Assembly: GCA_951406725.2 (NCBI GenBank)
Contig: OX597833.1
Coordinates: 20,212,001 to 20,276,000 of the forward strand
Length of the DNA: 64,000 nt
Source: Octopus vulgaris
Taxonomy: Eukaryota
Direction of reading: 5' to 3'
The position numbers and the translations under genes were made by a program. This document shows positions 13,861-26,982 of the stretch, one piece after another. The notes under the pieces were generated by a model. That model searched no databases. It was not told the origin of the DNA and worked only from the letters and a program-made list of their open reading frames with translations. How positions within the stretch are numbered: position 1 is the stretch's first letter; every line of letters starts with the position of its first letter.

Positions 13861-14067
13861 ACACACACAAGGTGACAGAAGACGGAGAGGAGTGACGAAA
13901 TCTGGTTGCGACGTCATCAATGAATGTCTCAACAACTACACGGTCAAGTCATAGGAAAGAAGGAAGGAAGGAAGGAGGACGTCAGAGAAATATGTTCTGT
14001 GTGTTACACGTAATACTCAGGACAAGCAAAAAGTAAAACGCCAGCTGGTTTTCGAGACACACGGAAA

Positions 14068-14573
14068 TCTATATATATAAAACTGTAGTTGTGTGAGTGT
14101 CTGTCTCCTACGATTTAGATTCCTAACTCCTCCCACATTTTGCGGTGCAGTTTAACCAAATTCGGGTATCTTATAGTCGTGATTCATATCGAGCCCGTCT
14201 GAGTATTAGCGCGCGTCTACGATTTTTAAAATAATTTAACATCAATTTTTATTCCATTTTAATGCATAATTTTTCGTGTGTCGATGGCGGCAGAGTTGGC
14301 GTCCACGCTCAAACACCTGCACCTGTGTTTGCTTCTCCCCCTTCTTCCCTCCCTCGTGAAGCTGTGGGGAAGGGAGTTTAAGGAAATCAACGTCGTAATG
14401 CGTTGTCAAGGAGACCAGCGTTCTTTTAGAACAACGACTTCATGGCTTGAAGACACCAAAACAGAAATGGCTAAGAAAGCCCGAATTGGCATCTATAAAG
14501 GAAGTAACTCTCTAAAAATGCTTATATAGTTATTTCCCTTACAAACCCGAGCAACGCCGGGCGATACTGCTAG
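14068..14573 (+). mobile_element. Non-autonomous Helitron
   Basis: 5' TCTATATATATAA; 3' hairpin CCCGAGCAACGCCGGG then CTAG; inserted between A and T with no TSD. Confidence 0.88.
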
Positions 14574-15201
14574 TTAACACTATAACTGAGCGGGCTTTAA
14601 TTTGCCTCAGTCAGTATTCTATCTGTTCTGGAGCTAACATGTTTGTCTTGTATGACCGCATGGTATGACTTTGTGTCTTTGGGGTAGGAAGTACTCTCTG
14701 CTCTGGGATGCTGACGTGGTGGATCTTTTTGCTACAACTTTTGTCCTTAATTGTGCAGTTTTTGCGAATTCTCCCGCTTTTTCGGTATAACAAATAAAGA
14801 TTTCTAACAAATCATTGCTAGCCAATTTCATTTTTTCGAACAATTACTTTTGAAACTACTGGTGTTTCTGCCGCGCCTTTAGCAGAAATGCTTTTGTCTC
14901 ACTGGTTTAAAACTTATTAAGACAACTGGGGAACGACAAAAAGGCACAAGTCTCTGTAGCAGTACTCAACATGCGAAACCTTCTCAGTTAAGTAACGGGA
15001 AAAGGCCACAGTATCTCAGGTCTCCGTATTTAGTGGTGACTGTCCTTATCAGGTGATCTTGATAGCTATTTCAGCCTGTGTTTCTGGTGCATTAGTGAAG
15101 TGGCAAGCTTAATGGAAAACACTTTGCAATTTCGCGCCAATTTCCGTTATGAATCGAAATACGCGGAATACGCAGAAAATACAATGCAGAGAATTCGTAT
15201 T

Positions 15202-15620
15202 CCGTAAATCCTTGAGTATAATACGCAGGGAATTTTTAGGGGGCTGTACCTCTGAAAAACCTAAACCTTGTGTATAATACGCACCCCTTCTCTAACTTGA
15301 GTCAAGGAGGTCTATATAACGTCCTTAGTTTGTAAAAATGTATGCGGTAACGTTCTTTATTATTGCCTTCTTGCCTTCTTTATCTTTGGCATCTGTTTAA
15401 TTTCATCTTTATTTCTTCTCCATAACCTGACATTGCTTTCGTCAACATAAAATTTTCTTCCGGCGGCCCTATTACCATGCTCTTCACCATATGATATAAC
15501 TTCAAGTTTAAACATAGCTGAATAAGATGTACGAGGCATTTTATGGGCATGTAATGTATAAAATGTCTTATTGGAGATTAATGTACAGGTTTAATGTACG
15601 GTAGGTCTTCTTGGTTATCT
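15202..15620 (-). mobile_element. pogo-family transposon deletion derivative
   Basis: End CCGTAAATCCTTGAGTATAATACGCA; minus-strand Brinker-type DNA-binding ORF. Confidence 0.7.
15360..15539 (-). pseudogene. pogo transposase N-terminal Brinker-type HTH (59 aa)
   Basis: Hand translation MPRTSYSAMFKLEVISYGEEHGNRAAGRKFYVDESNVRLWRRNKDEIKQMPKIKKARRQ*. Confidence 0.75.
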
Positions 15621-16102
15621 CGTAGTTATGTCGCTCCGAACACGTGATACAAAAAAGAAACACCTCTCGTCAAGCATGAACACATTTTCTCTGCACGCCA
15701 AGTATACATTCTCACACACAAGCTACTGGTATTCAGCGCAACAGCTTTTTGTAAAGCAAAAGGTGTAACGTTTGTCTTTAAATAATAATCTTTTTTAAAG
15801 CTTATATCAGTCATTAGACTGCGGTCATGCTAGGGCACCGCTTTGAACACTTTTAACTCAAATCAATTGACCTCAGTACTTATTTTTTAAAGACTGGTGC
15901 TTTTGCCCAATCGCTAACTTACGAGGACGTAAACACACCAATACCGGTTGCCAAGTTTCCAAAACGTTAGAACTCATACAATGGCAACTGATTTTTGCTG
16001 AAACAAACCATCACTACTTTTCTCAGACACGGGTTTTAGTTATAAATTTGTGGCTTAGTACCAATGTTAAAAATTAATATATCTAATAAACTATTAAAAG
16101 TT

Positions 16103-16425
16103 CTGGCTGTGTGGTAAGAAGTATGCTACACAACCACATGGTTCCGGGTTCAGTCTCATTGCGTGGTACCTCGAACAAAGCCTTGCGAATCGATTTGGTT
16201 GATGGAAATTGAAAGAAGCCCATGTCTTTGTCCTCCACCACTACTTGACAACTGGTGTTGGCTTGTTTACATCTCTATGGCTTAATGGTTCGGCGAAAGC
16301 GATCGATAGGATACGCACCACGCTTTAAAAAATAAATACTAGGGTAAATTTGTTCGACTAAAACCCTCGAAGGAGGTACCTCAGCATGGTGGCAGTCCAA
16401 TAACCGAAACAAGCAAAAAGAGAAA
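16103..16425 (+). mobile_element. SINE family A, degenerate
   Basis: Homology to 8879-9290. Confidence 0.75.
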
Positions 16426-16479
16426 AAATATAATTTGTTTGTATAATATATTCAATACATTAATATTTATTATATATTA

Positions 16480-17290
16480 AGGCGGCGAGCTGGCAGAAAC
16501 GTTAACGCGCCGGGCGAAATGCGTAGTCGTATTTCGTCTGCCGTTACGTTCTGAGTTCAAATTCCGCCGAGGTCGACTTTGTCCTTCATCCTTTCAGGGT
16601 CGATAAATTAAGTACCAGTTACGCACTGGGATCGATATAATCGACTTAATCCGTTTGTCTGTCCTTGTTTGTCCCCTCTGTGTTTAGCCCCTTGTGGGTA
16701 GTAATGAAATAGGTATTTCGTCTACGTTCTGAGTTCAAATTCTACCGAGGTCGACTTTGCCTTTCATCCTTTCACGGTCGATAAATTAAGTAACAGTTGT
16801 GTACTGGAGTCGATCTAATCGACTGCCCCCCCCCTTCCCCAAAATTCGGGCCTTGTGCCTAGAGTAGAATCGTTGGCACGTCGAGCAAAATGTTTATCGG
16901 CATTTCGAGGGTCCTTACGTTCTGAATTCAAATTCTCTCAACTTTGCCTTTTATCCTTTCGGGGTCGATAAATTAAGTACCAGTTTAACGCAGGAGTCGA
17001 TGTAATCAACTTACCCTTCCCCACAAAATTGCTGGCCTTCTGCCAAAATTTTAAACCAATATTTATTATGTATTAAGGCGGCAAACTGGTAGAATCTTTA
17101 GCCCGCCGGACAAGATGCTTAGCGATATTTCGTCCGTCTTCACGTTTTGAGTTCAAATTCTGCCGAGGTCGACGTCGCCTTTTATCCATTTGAGATCGAT
17201 AAAATAAGTACCAGCTGAAAAACTGAAGTCTATGTAATCGACTTCCCATTTCCCCGATATTGCTAGCCTTGTGTCGAAATTTTAAACCAA
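16480..17290 (+). mobile_element. Cluster of about four tandem family B SINE copies
   Basis: Repeated GAGTTCAAATTC...CCTTTCATCCTTT...AAGTACCAG modules. Confidence 0.85.
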
Positions 17291-17641
17291 TATGTATTAA
17301 AAATTATTCATAAAAATCAATATATTTAATTATTTATTTCGCTTTTTACCTGCACCTCCCGAAATTTTTTTTTTTTTCCTTCATCAAGAAACCCACGCAA
17401 AAAGACATCTTTCTTGCGTTACATGTTTTGAAAGTACACTACAGTTGAAAGTCGGTCATAAATGTAAATGATTGTCTAACTGCACGTGAACAGATAAATG
17501 AGTGAAAGTGAAGGGGCGGAAAGAGAGAGAGAGAGAGAGAGGGAGAGAGAAAAAGAAGAGAGAGAGAATAAGAGAAACGTGAGTGCTAGCGTGCGTGCGA
17601 AAGAGAAAGAGAGAGCTGGTGAATTTGCGCGCTGTTTTGGT

Positions 17642-17745
17642 TGTTACAGTTTAGCCCCAGGTCAGCCCAGGACGAGATGACTTGTGATCAAAAATTTTCA
17701 GCCAGTTTTTTTTATTATTATTATAAATTATTATTATTATCATCA

Positions 17746-17806
<61 letters not shown>

Positions 17807-17910
17807 CATTATTATAAATGCAATGTGCCTTTCAATTTTTAAGATCAATAAGGATGGGATTCAAGGAAGATCTGGCTGCTATTTCTTGCAGGTCGTTCGA
17901 TCATTAAGAG
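17642..17910 (-). mobile_element. SINE-like family D remnant with (ATT)n insert
   Basis: 3' end CCTGGGGCTAAACTGTAACAAC on the minus strand; related pieces near 1145-1360, 2930-3070, 10400-10550 and 40400-40570. Confidence 0.55.
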
Positions 17911-18351
17911 TCTCCTGTGTGTGTGTCTCTCACATTAAGCAGGCACACGTTTATCGCGAGTTGCAGCGTAAAAGCGTAAATGATAAACTGTGTTGAAACA
18001 AACAATTAGAGGTCAAAATCTGTTACTGCTGTTGTAAATAACTTACATAACCAAAGTAAATGCGACTTGAAAAAATTTGCGCCCAAGTCAGTAAACTACT
18101 CACACAGTACCTTTCAATGATTTTGTGATAAATATTATATTATCGTTACCTCACCGGACGGAGTGTTTAGCGGCATTTCGTCTGCTTTACATTCTGAGTT
18201 CAAATTCCTCCAAGGTCGACTTTGCCTTTCATCCTTTCGGGGTTGATAGAATAAATACTAGTTGAGCACTGGGGTCAATGTAATCGACTTACCCTCCTCA
18301 TCAAAATTGCTGGCCTTGTGCCAAAATTTGAAACCAATATATTGTATTATA

Positions 18352-18640
18352 TCATCATCATCGTCGTCGTCGTCGTTTAACGTCCGCTTTCCATGCTAGC
18401 ATGGGTTGGACGATTTGACTGAGGACTGGTGAACCAGATGGCTGCACCAGTCTGATTTGGCAGAGTTTCTACAGCTGGATGCCCTTCCTAACGCCAACCC
18501 CTCTCAGAGTGTAGTGGGTGCTTTTACGTGCAACTGGCACGAGGGCCAGTCAGGTGGTACTGACAACGGTCACGCTCAAATGGTCCTTTTTATGTGCCAC
18601 CTGCACAGGAGCCAGTCCAACGGCACTAGCAATGACCTCA
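18352..18640 (-). mobile_element. SINE/LINE-tail family C ending in (GAT)n
   Basis: GGCGTTAGGAAGGGCATCCAGCTGTAGAAAC...GGACGTTAAACGA(C/T)GAT; about ten copies (e.g. 24730-25052, 31598-31905, 38288-38612, 39158-39500, 47391-47630). Confidence 0.85.
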
Positions 18641-18653
18641 ATCATATATTATA

Positions 18654-20470
18654 CAGGGTGGGGCAGAGCGGTCGGACATTTTTGAAATGACTATTACTCA
18701 GCCCCTGTGGGATGGATATATGTCTGACAGGTACCAATTCAGTCTGTGGTGTCTTAGCATTTTTTCTCTTCAGGTGAAGCCATGGTGCATAGAGCATCGC
18801 TTGTTTGCCTACAAAACTTATGTGAAGAATAACGAGTCTGTCACAGTAGTTCAGAGGGAATTTCTGCCCCATTTCAACATTCACTAAAATCAGGCTGTTC
18901 CCACCTGTAACACAATCTTTTGTTGGGTGAATGTACAGTGATCCCTCGTTTATCGCGGTAGATTGGTTCCGAGACCAGCTGCGATAACTGAATTTCCGCG
19001 AAGTAGGGATACCATATTTACAGTATTTATTTAACGTGTATTTGGACTTTTGAAACCCTCTCTGTACTGTTAACAACCCACCCATTACAGTAGTCTATTA
19101 ATAACAAGGACAACTGTTAAACAATAACACTTTAGATTTAAAAAAATAAAGATTGTTACTGTACTCAACATGAAAGAAGTCGAAATAAAATTTGAATGAT
19201 GATGGTGATGAATTTGCTGCGCGGTAGAAATGATGATGATGAAGCTGACGGTGGTGCCCTTTCCTGGGACACCTCTTCCACTTCTTCAGGAGGTGCAACC
19301 GTACTAGTAGCAGAAGGAACTGGCTCTTTTTTGCGAGGCTGCAAAAACATTGTTCAAAGAGCATCTTGTAGGGATTCATGACTTCGTCGACCTTGTTGCA
19401 AAATTGCACAGAACGAACCATATCGTCGTCCCATTTCTGTGAGCCCTCTTTCAATTCTTTAGCCAGGGTGCAGAACTTGGCCAGTTGTTCCAAAGTCAAG
19501 CCAGTTTGATCAACAACTTCTTTCGTTTCTTATATATTTGAATATATTTTCAAAATCCGTGAAGTTGTGAATCTGCAATAGTTGAACCGCGAAGTAGCAA
19601 GGGATCACTGTACTTCGTGCATGATGTACACTTATGAATAGGAGACTAATGGGGGGGGGCGCCACGAATGGTATGGACCCCGGAAAATGTGGAATCCATC
19701 AGACAAGCTTTGATACGGAGTCTGAATGGCTTGGAAGCATTCCACTGAACTTGGCATTGGTAATCGATTGGTAAGGCATATTTTACATGAAGGCCTGTAT
19801 TTCCACGCATACAAATTGGTCATTGGGAAACAGTTGAAACCATGGGACTATGTACAGCGGCTTAACTTCGCATGTCAGATGGAAGCAATTTTTTAGGCAA
19901 ATGGCAACCTCGTTTTGTTAATGAGTGATGAAGTTCATTTTCATCTCAGTGGCATAGTGAATCAACATAACTGCTATTATTGCCTCTTGAAAATCTGAGA
20001 GAACTGCACAAAAGATCTCTGCATGGTTCAAAAGTGATGGTCTGGTGTACTCTTGGAAAAGCTGCCATCATTGGTCCTTTCATTTTTGAAGACAATAATG
20101 AAAATGCTGCTACTGTGAAGCGTTACATCGAGATGATGAACAACTTCTCTGTGCCTGAATTATGATGAAAATGTATACCTATTCAATGTGTATGGTTTCA
20201 GCAAGATGGGGTGATGGCCCACACAACCAGAGCTTCAATGGATGTTCTTTGCCCTCTCTTCAGTGACTGCTTCATTTCCAGGTTTGCTGACATTCCTTCG
20301 CCCCTCCTCCCCCCGCCTCCCTCAGTCCTTTGATTTGTCCATGTGTGATTATTTCTTGAGGGGAAACCTCAAGGCATGTGTGTATGTGCATAAGCCCTGT
20401 ACATTGGATGATTTGAAAGAAGCTATTCATGTGGAAGGTGCCCAAATCAACAGAACAATACTGGAAAGAC
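18654..20470 (+). pseudogene. Tc1/mariner-superfamily (maT/DD37D-like) transposon remnant
   Basis: TA-CAGGGTG end; WCIEHRLFAYKTYVKNNESVTVVQREF HTH; MSDEVHFHLSG, VMVWC, WFQQDG, SFDLSMCDYFLRGNLK. Confidence 0.8.
18936..19610 (-). mobile_element. Tigger/pogo-like non-autonomous element nested in the maT remnant
   Basis: TIR CAGTGATCCCT at both ends, TA TSD; internal transposase C-terminal-like ORF 19098-19499. Confidence 0.85.
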
Positions 20471-21286
20471 AAAGAGTTGAAATTCTCTCTATCCTTGCAT
20501 CTAAGTGAGTGCATATGCTGTGTGTACCTTCCCTTGAAGTCATTGGCTATCATGCCTGCATAGAGCCTTGACATGCAATCAGATGGTGTGAAGGTCCCTT
20601 CAAAGGCTGGCTAGACAGCAATTCACCACCAGCTTCCTGTCCCTTTACATGGTCCTCCAAATGCATCTGGCATTACTGATCTCACTTCTAACTGCACCAA
20701 GTAACCTGCCTTGATCAACAGCAGCCCAGTTTCCAGTAGCCATTTTGGACTTCATATATCTCTTCATTCTCTTACTGAGTCTGAATGAGCTTGGTTTCTG
20801 TCAGAAGCCTGCAAAACTTAAAGTTGCAAGGAGCCAAATCAAACTGTTTTACATAACATCTACTAGTTCTACTAAATATTTTGAGTGTGTTTTTCTTTCA
20901 TTTATCCACTTACTCATATATATTTGTATGTGTGTGTGTGTGTGTATACATGCATACATACAGTGCCACCTGACTGGCCCCTGTACCGACGGCACATAAA
21001 AAGCACCCATTACACTCTCGGAGTGGTTGGCAGATTGGAGCCTGGTGCAGATCAGATTGGAGCTGGTTGAAGAAGTGGATTCCTACTTGCTACTGTCATA
21101 ATAGCCAATAGGACTGACATTAACATGTTTTGCTATGTCAGTGGCCTTGCAACGAGGATTATCAGATCAGATTGGAGCCTGGTGCAGCCTCCTGGCTTGC
21201 CAGTCCTCAGTCAAGCCATCCAACCTATGTCAGCATGGAAAGTGGACGTTAAACGATAATAATGAGATATATATATATATATATAT

Positions 21287-21650
21287 ACTCTTTACTCTTT
21301 TACTTGTTTCAGTCATTTGACTGTGGCCATGCTGGACCACTGCCTTTAGTTGAGCAAATCAACCCCAGAACTTATTCTTTGTTAGCCTAGCACTTATTCT
21401 ATCGGTCTCTTTTGCTGAACTGCTAAGTTACGGGGACGTAAACACACCAGCATTAGTTGTCAAGTGATGTTGGGGGGACAAACGCAGACAAAAACACACA
21501 CACATATATATACATATGTGCAACGGGCTTCTTTCAGTTTGTCTACCAAATCCACTCACAAGGCTTCGGTCAGCCCAAGGCTATAGTAGAAGGCACTTGC
21601 CCAAGGTGGTTGGTAAACAAGCTACTTACCACACAGCAACTCCTGCACCT
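21287..21650 (-). mobile_element. SINE family A
   Basis: Homology; internal deletion in the head. Confidence 0.85.
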
Positions 21651-22040
21651 ATATATATATCATCATCATCATCATCATCGTTTAACATCCATCTTCCATG
21701 CTGACATGGGTGTGTGTGTATTATATATACACACAAACATACATACATATATATATTATGTAAGTAGGGAAAAAAGAAACCAAGCCTTGTCCCCTAGAAG
21801 CACATCTGCTTATTCTAGTATTACAATTCAGTATATATCAGTTGTACTGATGTGAAGTACATATTAGTGTTCAAAATTCTGGAAATATTGTTTGCAGAGT
21901 TATTATATAACAAAACAGTAAGTTGGATAATTTCTGGGCATAACCTATTATAAATAATACCAAGAAATTTTCCAGATTTCTATACATACACACACAAACA
22001 ATATAATATATGGAACATATATGTATTATGCAATATATAT

Positions 22041-22450
22041 CTTTTATCTTATATTTGTTTCACTCATCAGACTGAGGCCATGCTGGGGCATTGCATCAAA
22101 GAATTTTTAGTCAAACAATTCAACCCTAAAGCCAAGTACTTATTCTATTGATCTCTTTTGCCAAACCACTAAGTTACGGGGATATAAACACACCAACATG
22201 GTTGTCAAGCAATGGTGGTGGACAAACACAGACACAGTCACACACACACACACACACATATACATATATATATATATATACATATATACAAGAAGCTTCT
22301 TTCAGTTTTTGTCTACCAAATCCACTCACAAGGTTTTTTGTTGGCCCGAGGCTATAGTAGAAGACATTTGCCCAAGCTGGTATGCAGTAGGACTGAACCT
22401 GGAACCATGTGGTTGGAAAGCAAACTTTTAACCACACAGCCGCACCTGTG
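22041..22450 (-). mobile_element. SINE family A
   Basis: Homology to other copies. Confidence 0.8.
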
Positions 22451-22499
22451 CTTAGTATAGAAGACAGACGTTAAACAATGATGATATATATACATCAAT

Positions 22500-23560
22500 A
22501 TGACAGAAATAAATAGACACCCCCATAAAACATCATTTTATGTGTTTTATTAATTGACATTTTTATGTTTCAGGTTGTATATGTGACTGTTTAATCATGC
22601 CATGTACAAAAGAAGCCTTGGAGCTGCCCGAATTTCAAAGAATTTCAACCATACCCAGGTTGACCAGGGCCCTTTGGCAGGACTCTTCACTTTGTTAAGA
22701 GAAGTGTGGAGGATAATCCTCGTTGCAAGGCCACTGACATAGCAAAACATGTTAATGTCAGTCCTATTGGCTATTATGACAGAGTAGCAAGTAGGAATCC
22801 ACTTCTTCAACCAGCCAATATGAAACAGAAAAAAGATTAGGCCAGTGACATGGTGGAGAGGTCAATAACATTTTGGGATAATGTCATATTCTCTGATGAG
22901 TCCAGATTTGCTGTATTTTCTGACAGTGGCTGAGTGTGAGTCTGGAGACTCTGTGACCAAGAAATTGATGTGACAAGGTTGCATTTAACAATGAAACATG
23001 GTGGCCATTCTGTGATGGTCTGGGGAGCAGTTTGGAACAGTGGTCAATCAGAGCTGGTGGAATGTGAGGGAAAGATAAACTCAGATAAATATGTGTGTAT
23101 ATTGTAGAAAGGGATACTTCTGATCTTCTTCAGGGGTGAAGTGATTAAAGAAGACTTTCTGTTTATGGAAGATGGAGCTCCTTGTCATACAGCTAAAAAG
23201 ATCCAAGATTGGTTGGAAGAAAATGACATTAGAAAGCTTTCATGGTCAAACTAGTCACCAGATATGAACCCTATTTATCACCTCTGGGACATAATGGACA
23301 GGACACTTCATAGAAAGAACAAGAAAGCATCTTCAAAGCCAGGTCTTTTGAGATTACTGCATGAAGCATGGCATGAAATTCATTAAGAAAATATTCATCA
23401 TTTGATCAGTAGCATACCTAATAGGGTCCTTGCACTGAAAAATGCAAAGGGCATGTCTACTAAATATTAGATATTCACATTATAAGAATAAATAATTTGA
23501 ATGTATAATTTCAGATTTAAATGAATTTTAATGATTATAAGGGTGTTTATCTACTTCTGT
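22500..23560 (+). pseudogene. Tc1 (DD34E-type) transposon remnant
   Basis: WDNVIFSDESRF, KHGGHSVMVWG, FMEDGAPCHTAK, SPDMNPI, AKGMSTKY*; TIR-like CAGAAATAAATAGACACCC / GGGTGTTTATCTACTTCTG. Confidence 0.9.
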
Positions 23561-23684
23561 GTGTGTGTGTGTACTTATATATATAGTTAGTCCAAACATG
23601 AACAAAGAGAAAACACAACAACGTGAGGAAGTGGAACAAGTATTGTGTTATTGGACGCTTAGGAAAAGAAAGAAAGAAGGAGGG

Positions 23685-23717
23685 TTTAACGTTTCAAGTG
23701 GAGCTCTTCGTCAGAAA
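23685..23717 (-). ncRNA. Degenerate minimal type I hammerhead (Penelope-type)
   Basis: Minus strand TTT-CTGACGA-A-GAGCTCCACTT-GAAACGTT-AAA. Confidence 0.5.
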
Positions 23718-25836
23718 TATAGAAAAAAGGAATAGTCCAAGGAAGGGAAGACAGAGGATAAAAAATCGCCAACGATACACATGCAGTCCACATATTGAAA
23801 TGACCAGAAGGGAATGGGTGAAGAAAAAGTTCTTTCAAAGACAGGAGAGTGTAAGAGAAGGAGGTATGTGTGGGTATGTGCGTGCTGCCAGGTCTGTGTG
23901 TGTGTGTGCATGTGTGTATGTGTGTGTGTGTGTAATGAATGATAGCACGTGTTTGTGTGTGTGTATGTGTGTAGTTGTGGCTATTTATCTATGTGTGTGG
24001 TTGGGCTTAGTGTCATTTTAGTGTCATAGGAAATATATATATATATATATTTTATTTGTTTCAGTCATTTGACTGCAGCCATGCTGGAGCACTACTTTTA
24101 CTCAAGCAAATTGACCCCAGGACTTATTCTTTGTAAGCCTAGTACTTATTCTATCAGTCTCTTTTGCTGAACCGCTGAGTTATGGGGACGTAAACATACC
24201 AGTGTCAGTTGTCAAGATGCGTAGTCAAGGGGCACCAGATGTACAGGTAAGGTGTAACAAGGTGTGACACATGGGGTATAACAAATCAGTAATTTCTGAG
24301 TGTATTGAAATGAATTGATGAAAGATAGTCTATACTTATTACAGGTTTTACTCGACTTTTACATAGTTATACCATTGCAACAAACTGAAAGAAATGCAAA
24401 AATTTGTAGTGTAGATGATGGCCTATTTGTATAGAAAACCTCGTGCCAAGTTCTTGTAGCAATCAGCCATTTGGTGTTCTGTAGGAAGAAGGTAAAAATT
24501 TGAAGTACAAAACTTGTAAAAACAAAAATTATAATATTGGCAGAATTTAAGTTTTAATTAATAAAGTGACAATCAGACTGATAAAATTAGCGTGAGAATT
24601 ATATAAAGATTAATTGCTGTGCTTGAGAAGACACGTCAAGCTAAGTAAAATTGTGGCCACCCATACAAATATGTATATCATACAGGCATGTCCTTCATGG
24701 CTATATCTCCCATTCACTCTCTCAGCCAATAGGTCTTTGTCTTGTGAGCTTATGGGTGCTGGTGTCACATAAAATACACCCATGCCAGTGTCATGTAAAA
24801 GCACCCATGCTGGTGCCATGTAAAATGTACCCATGTAAAATCACTTGTGCTAGGGCCATGTAAAAAGCATCTAGTACTCTCTGTAAAGTGGTTGGCGTTA
24901 GGAAGGGCATCCAGCTGTAGAAACCATGCCAAAACAGACAGATGGAGCCTGGTGCAACTCTCTGGCAGGCCAGCTCCTGTCAAATGATCCAATCCACGCC
25001 AGCATGGAAAATAGACATTACATGATGATGAAGATGATGATGATGATGATGATTTAGGAATTAATTAATTAACAAAGACATTATTGGCTGGATAGGTAAA
25101 AATCTGACTGTCAATAAAATGCTTTAATGCATTTAAATAACCATCACAATTATTTTTTGAGATTTAGTCACGTTAATGAATTTTTAAATTGATGATTATT
25201 GATTATTGATTATTATTATCCAAAATTTTATCAGCCAAATGCAATGAGGTCCATATTTCTATGACAATTGTAAAAGATGTCAGAACAGTGATTTGCACAT
25301 GTGGATGATAGAGCTGTCTTAACATCAATATAGCACTCACCACATGCACACAAAACAATGCACTGGCCTCCCTACATACTGCACAATGCACTGATGCACA
25401 GTGGATCGATTTACGAAGAGGTAGAGTTGCTGTAGTGCGGCAAAAATTCACCAGCAGACATTACATTTTTATGCTGTCAGTCACTACCAAGTTGTGTCTG
25501 TGGGCGTGGCGCAAATTGCAAGTGGGACAATGGAATTTAGCTTCACTCGAACACTAGTGATTTGTCCGTTCCTGACCATGACACCATGATAGCATAGGGT
25601 GGCACATAACTGGATATCAAGGTTTCACTATCAACAATATGGACTGCAAAAACAATTCAGTGTAAAATCAGAAGCTACTCCATATCCAACATATTATTCT
25701 CACAGATAACAATGTCAAAGCATTGCGTGAAGCAAGTAAGCAAGATATGTTCAATTTTTTTAAATGTTTTTTATTTTATCTACAATTTATGTAAAAGTGT
25801 CTGACTTGAGGCACTTCTTAAGTATTTTTGATGATA

Positions 25837-25872
<36 letters not shown>

Positions 25873-25987
25873 ACCGTGACCACTGTGACCGACCAGGCTA
25901 TCAGATGTTGTTACACATCGCTGGTCACAATGCGCTTCACATTGTTTTAGCCTTCAAATGACGCCACCCCGCTGGCTAAGCGAGCAG

Positions 25988-26047
<60 letters not shown>

Positions 26048-26070
26048 GAGAACACTGTTGGTATTTAAAA

Positions 26071-26153
26071 TTTTCGACAGCTGTTTTGGTAGGATTTTAT
26101 TGATACATTCAAAGATTACATCACAACATATAATCCACCATCTTCAGATAAAA
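26071..26153 (-). ncRNA. Degenerate type I hammerhead relic with long stem II
   Basis: Minus strand CTGAAGA-TGGTGGATT...AATCCTACC-AAAAC-AGCT-GTC; G12 appears mutated to A. Confidence 0.45.
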
Positions 26154-26582
26154 TTTGAAACAGGCAAGATGTCAAGCAGTGAGATTTCATACATCAAACA
26201 CAACAAATCCAATTTTAAATTTCATACACTATTTGTGTTCTCCTTTTATACCTATGCCTCACTTGGAACCAATCCCAGAACCAGATCTGCAGTTTAAATT
26301 GGATTTGGTACTTACATATCTACAGTATCCTACCAACACATGATATCTTTATTGTTTATCTTACTGTGAACACTGTGAACAATGGCAAATAAATGATTCA
26401 AAAATGAGCTGGAGAAGGCTAGAAGAGTGACTGCACAAAGATATCAGTGGAAGGAATGGATATACCAATGTTGCTAATTAGAGTTAAGCAGTGAGTTCCC
26501 AGAAAAGTAAATGTATTGAATAAAAAGTTAATATATTGAAGGACTCTTGGGTTTAAATGTGTTCCATAGCCACAGCAAACCT

Positions 26583-26982
26583 CTCTTTTACTCTTTTACT
26601 TGTTTCAGTCATTTGACTGTGGCCATGCTGGAGCACCGCCTTTAGTCGATCAAATCGACCTCAGGACTTATTCTTTGTAAGCCTAGTACTTATTTTATCA
26701 GTCTCTTTTTGCCGAACCGCTAAGTTACGGGGACGTATACACACCAGCATCGGTTGTCAAGCGATGTTGGAGGAACAAACACAGACACACACACACACAC
26801 ATATAAATACACATATATACAACGGGCTTCTTTCAGTTTCCGCCTACCAAATCACTCACAAGGCTTTGGTCGGCCCGAGGCTATATTAGAAGACACTTGC
26901 CCAAGGTGCCATGCAGTGGGACTGAACCCGGAACCATGTGGTTCGTAAGCAAGCTACTTACCACACAGTCACTCCTGCGCCT
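26583..26982 (-). mobile_element. SINE family A, full length
   Basis: Homology to other copies. Confidence 0.9.

Noticed and set aside
14580-15150. Possible LTR-retrotransposon gag remnant (GHTRQTC, TGGCGCG PBS-like) on the minus strand
   Set aside because: Too degenerate; no complete CCHC knuckle or paired LTRs visible.
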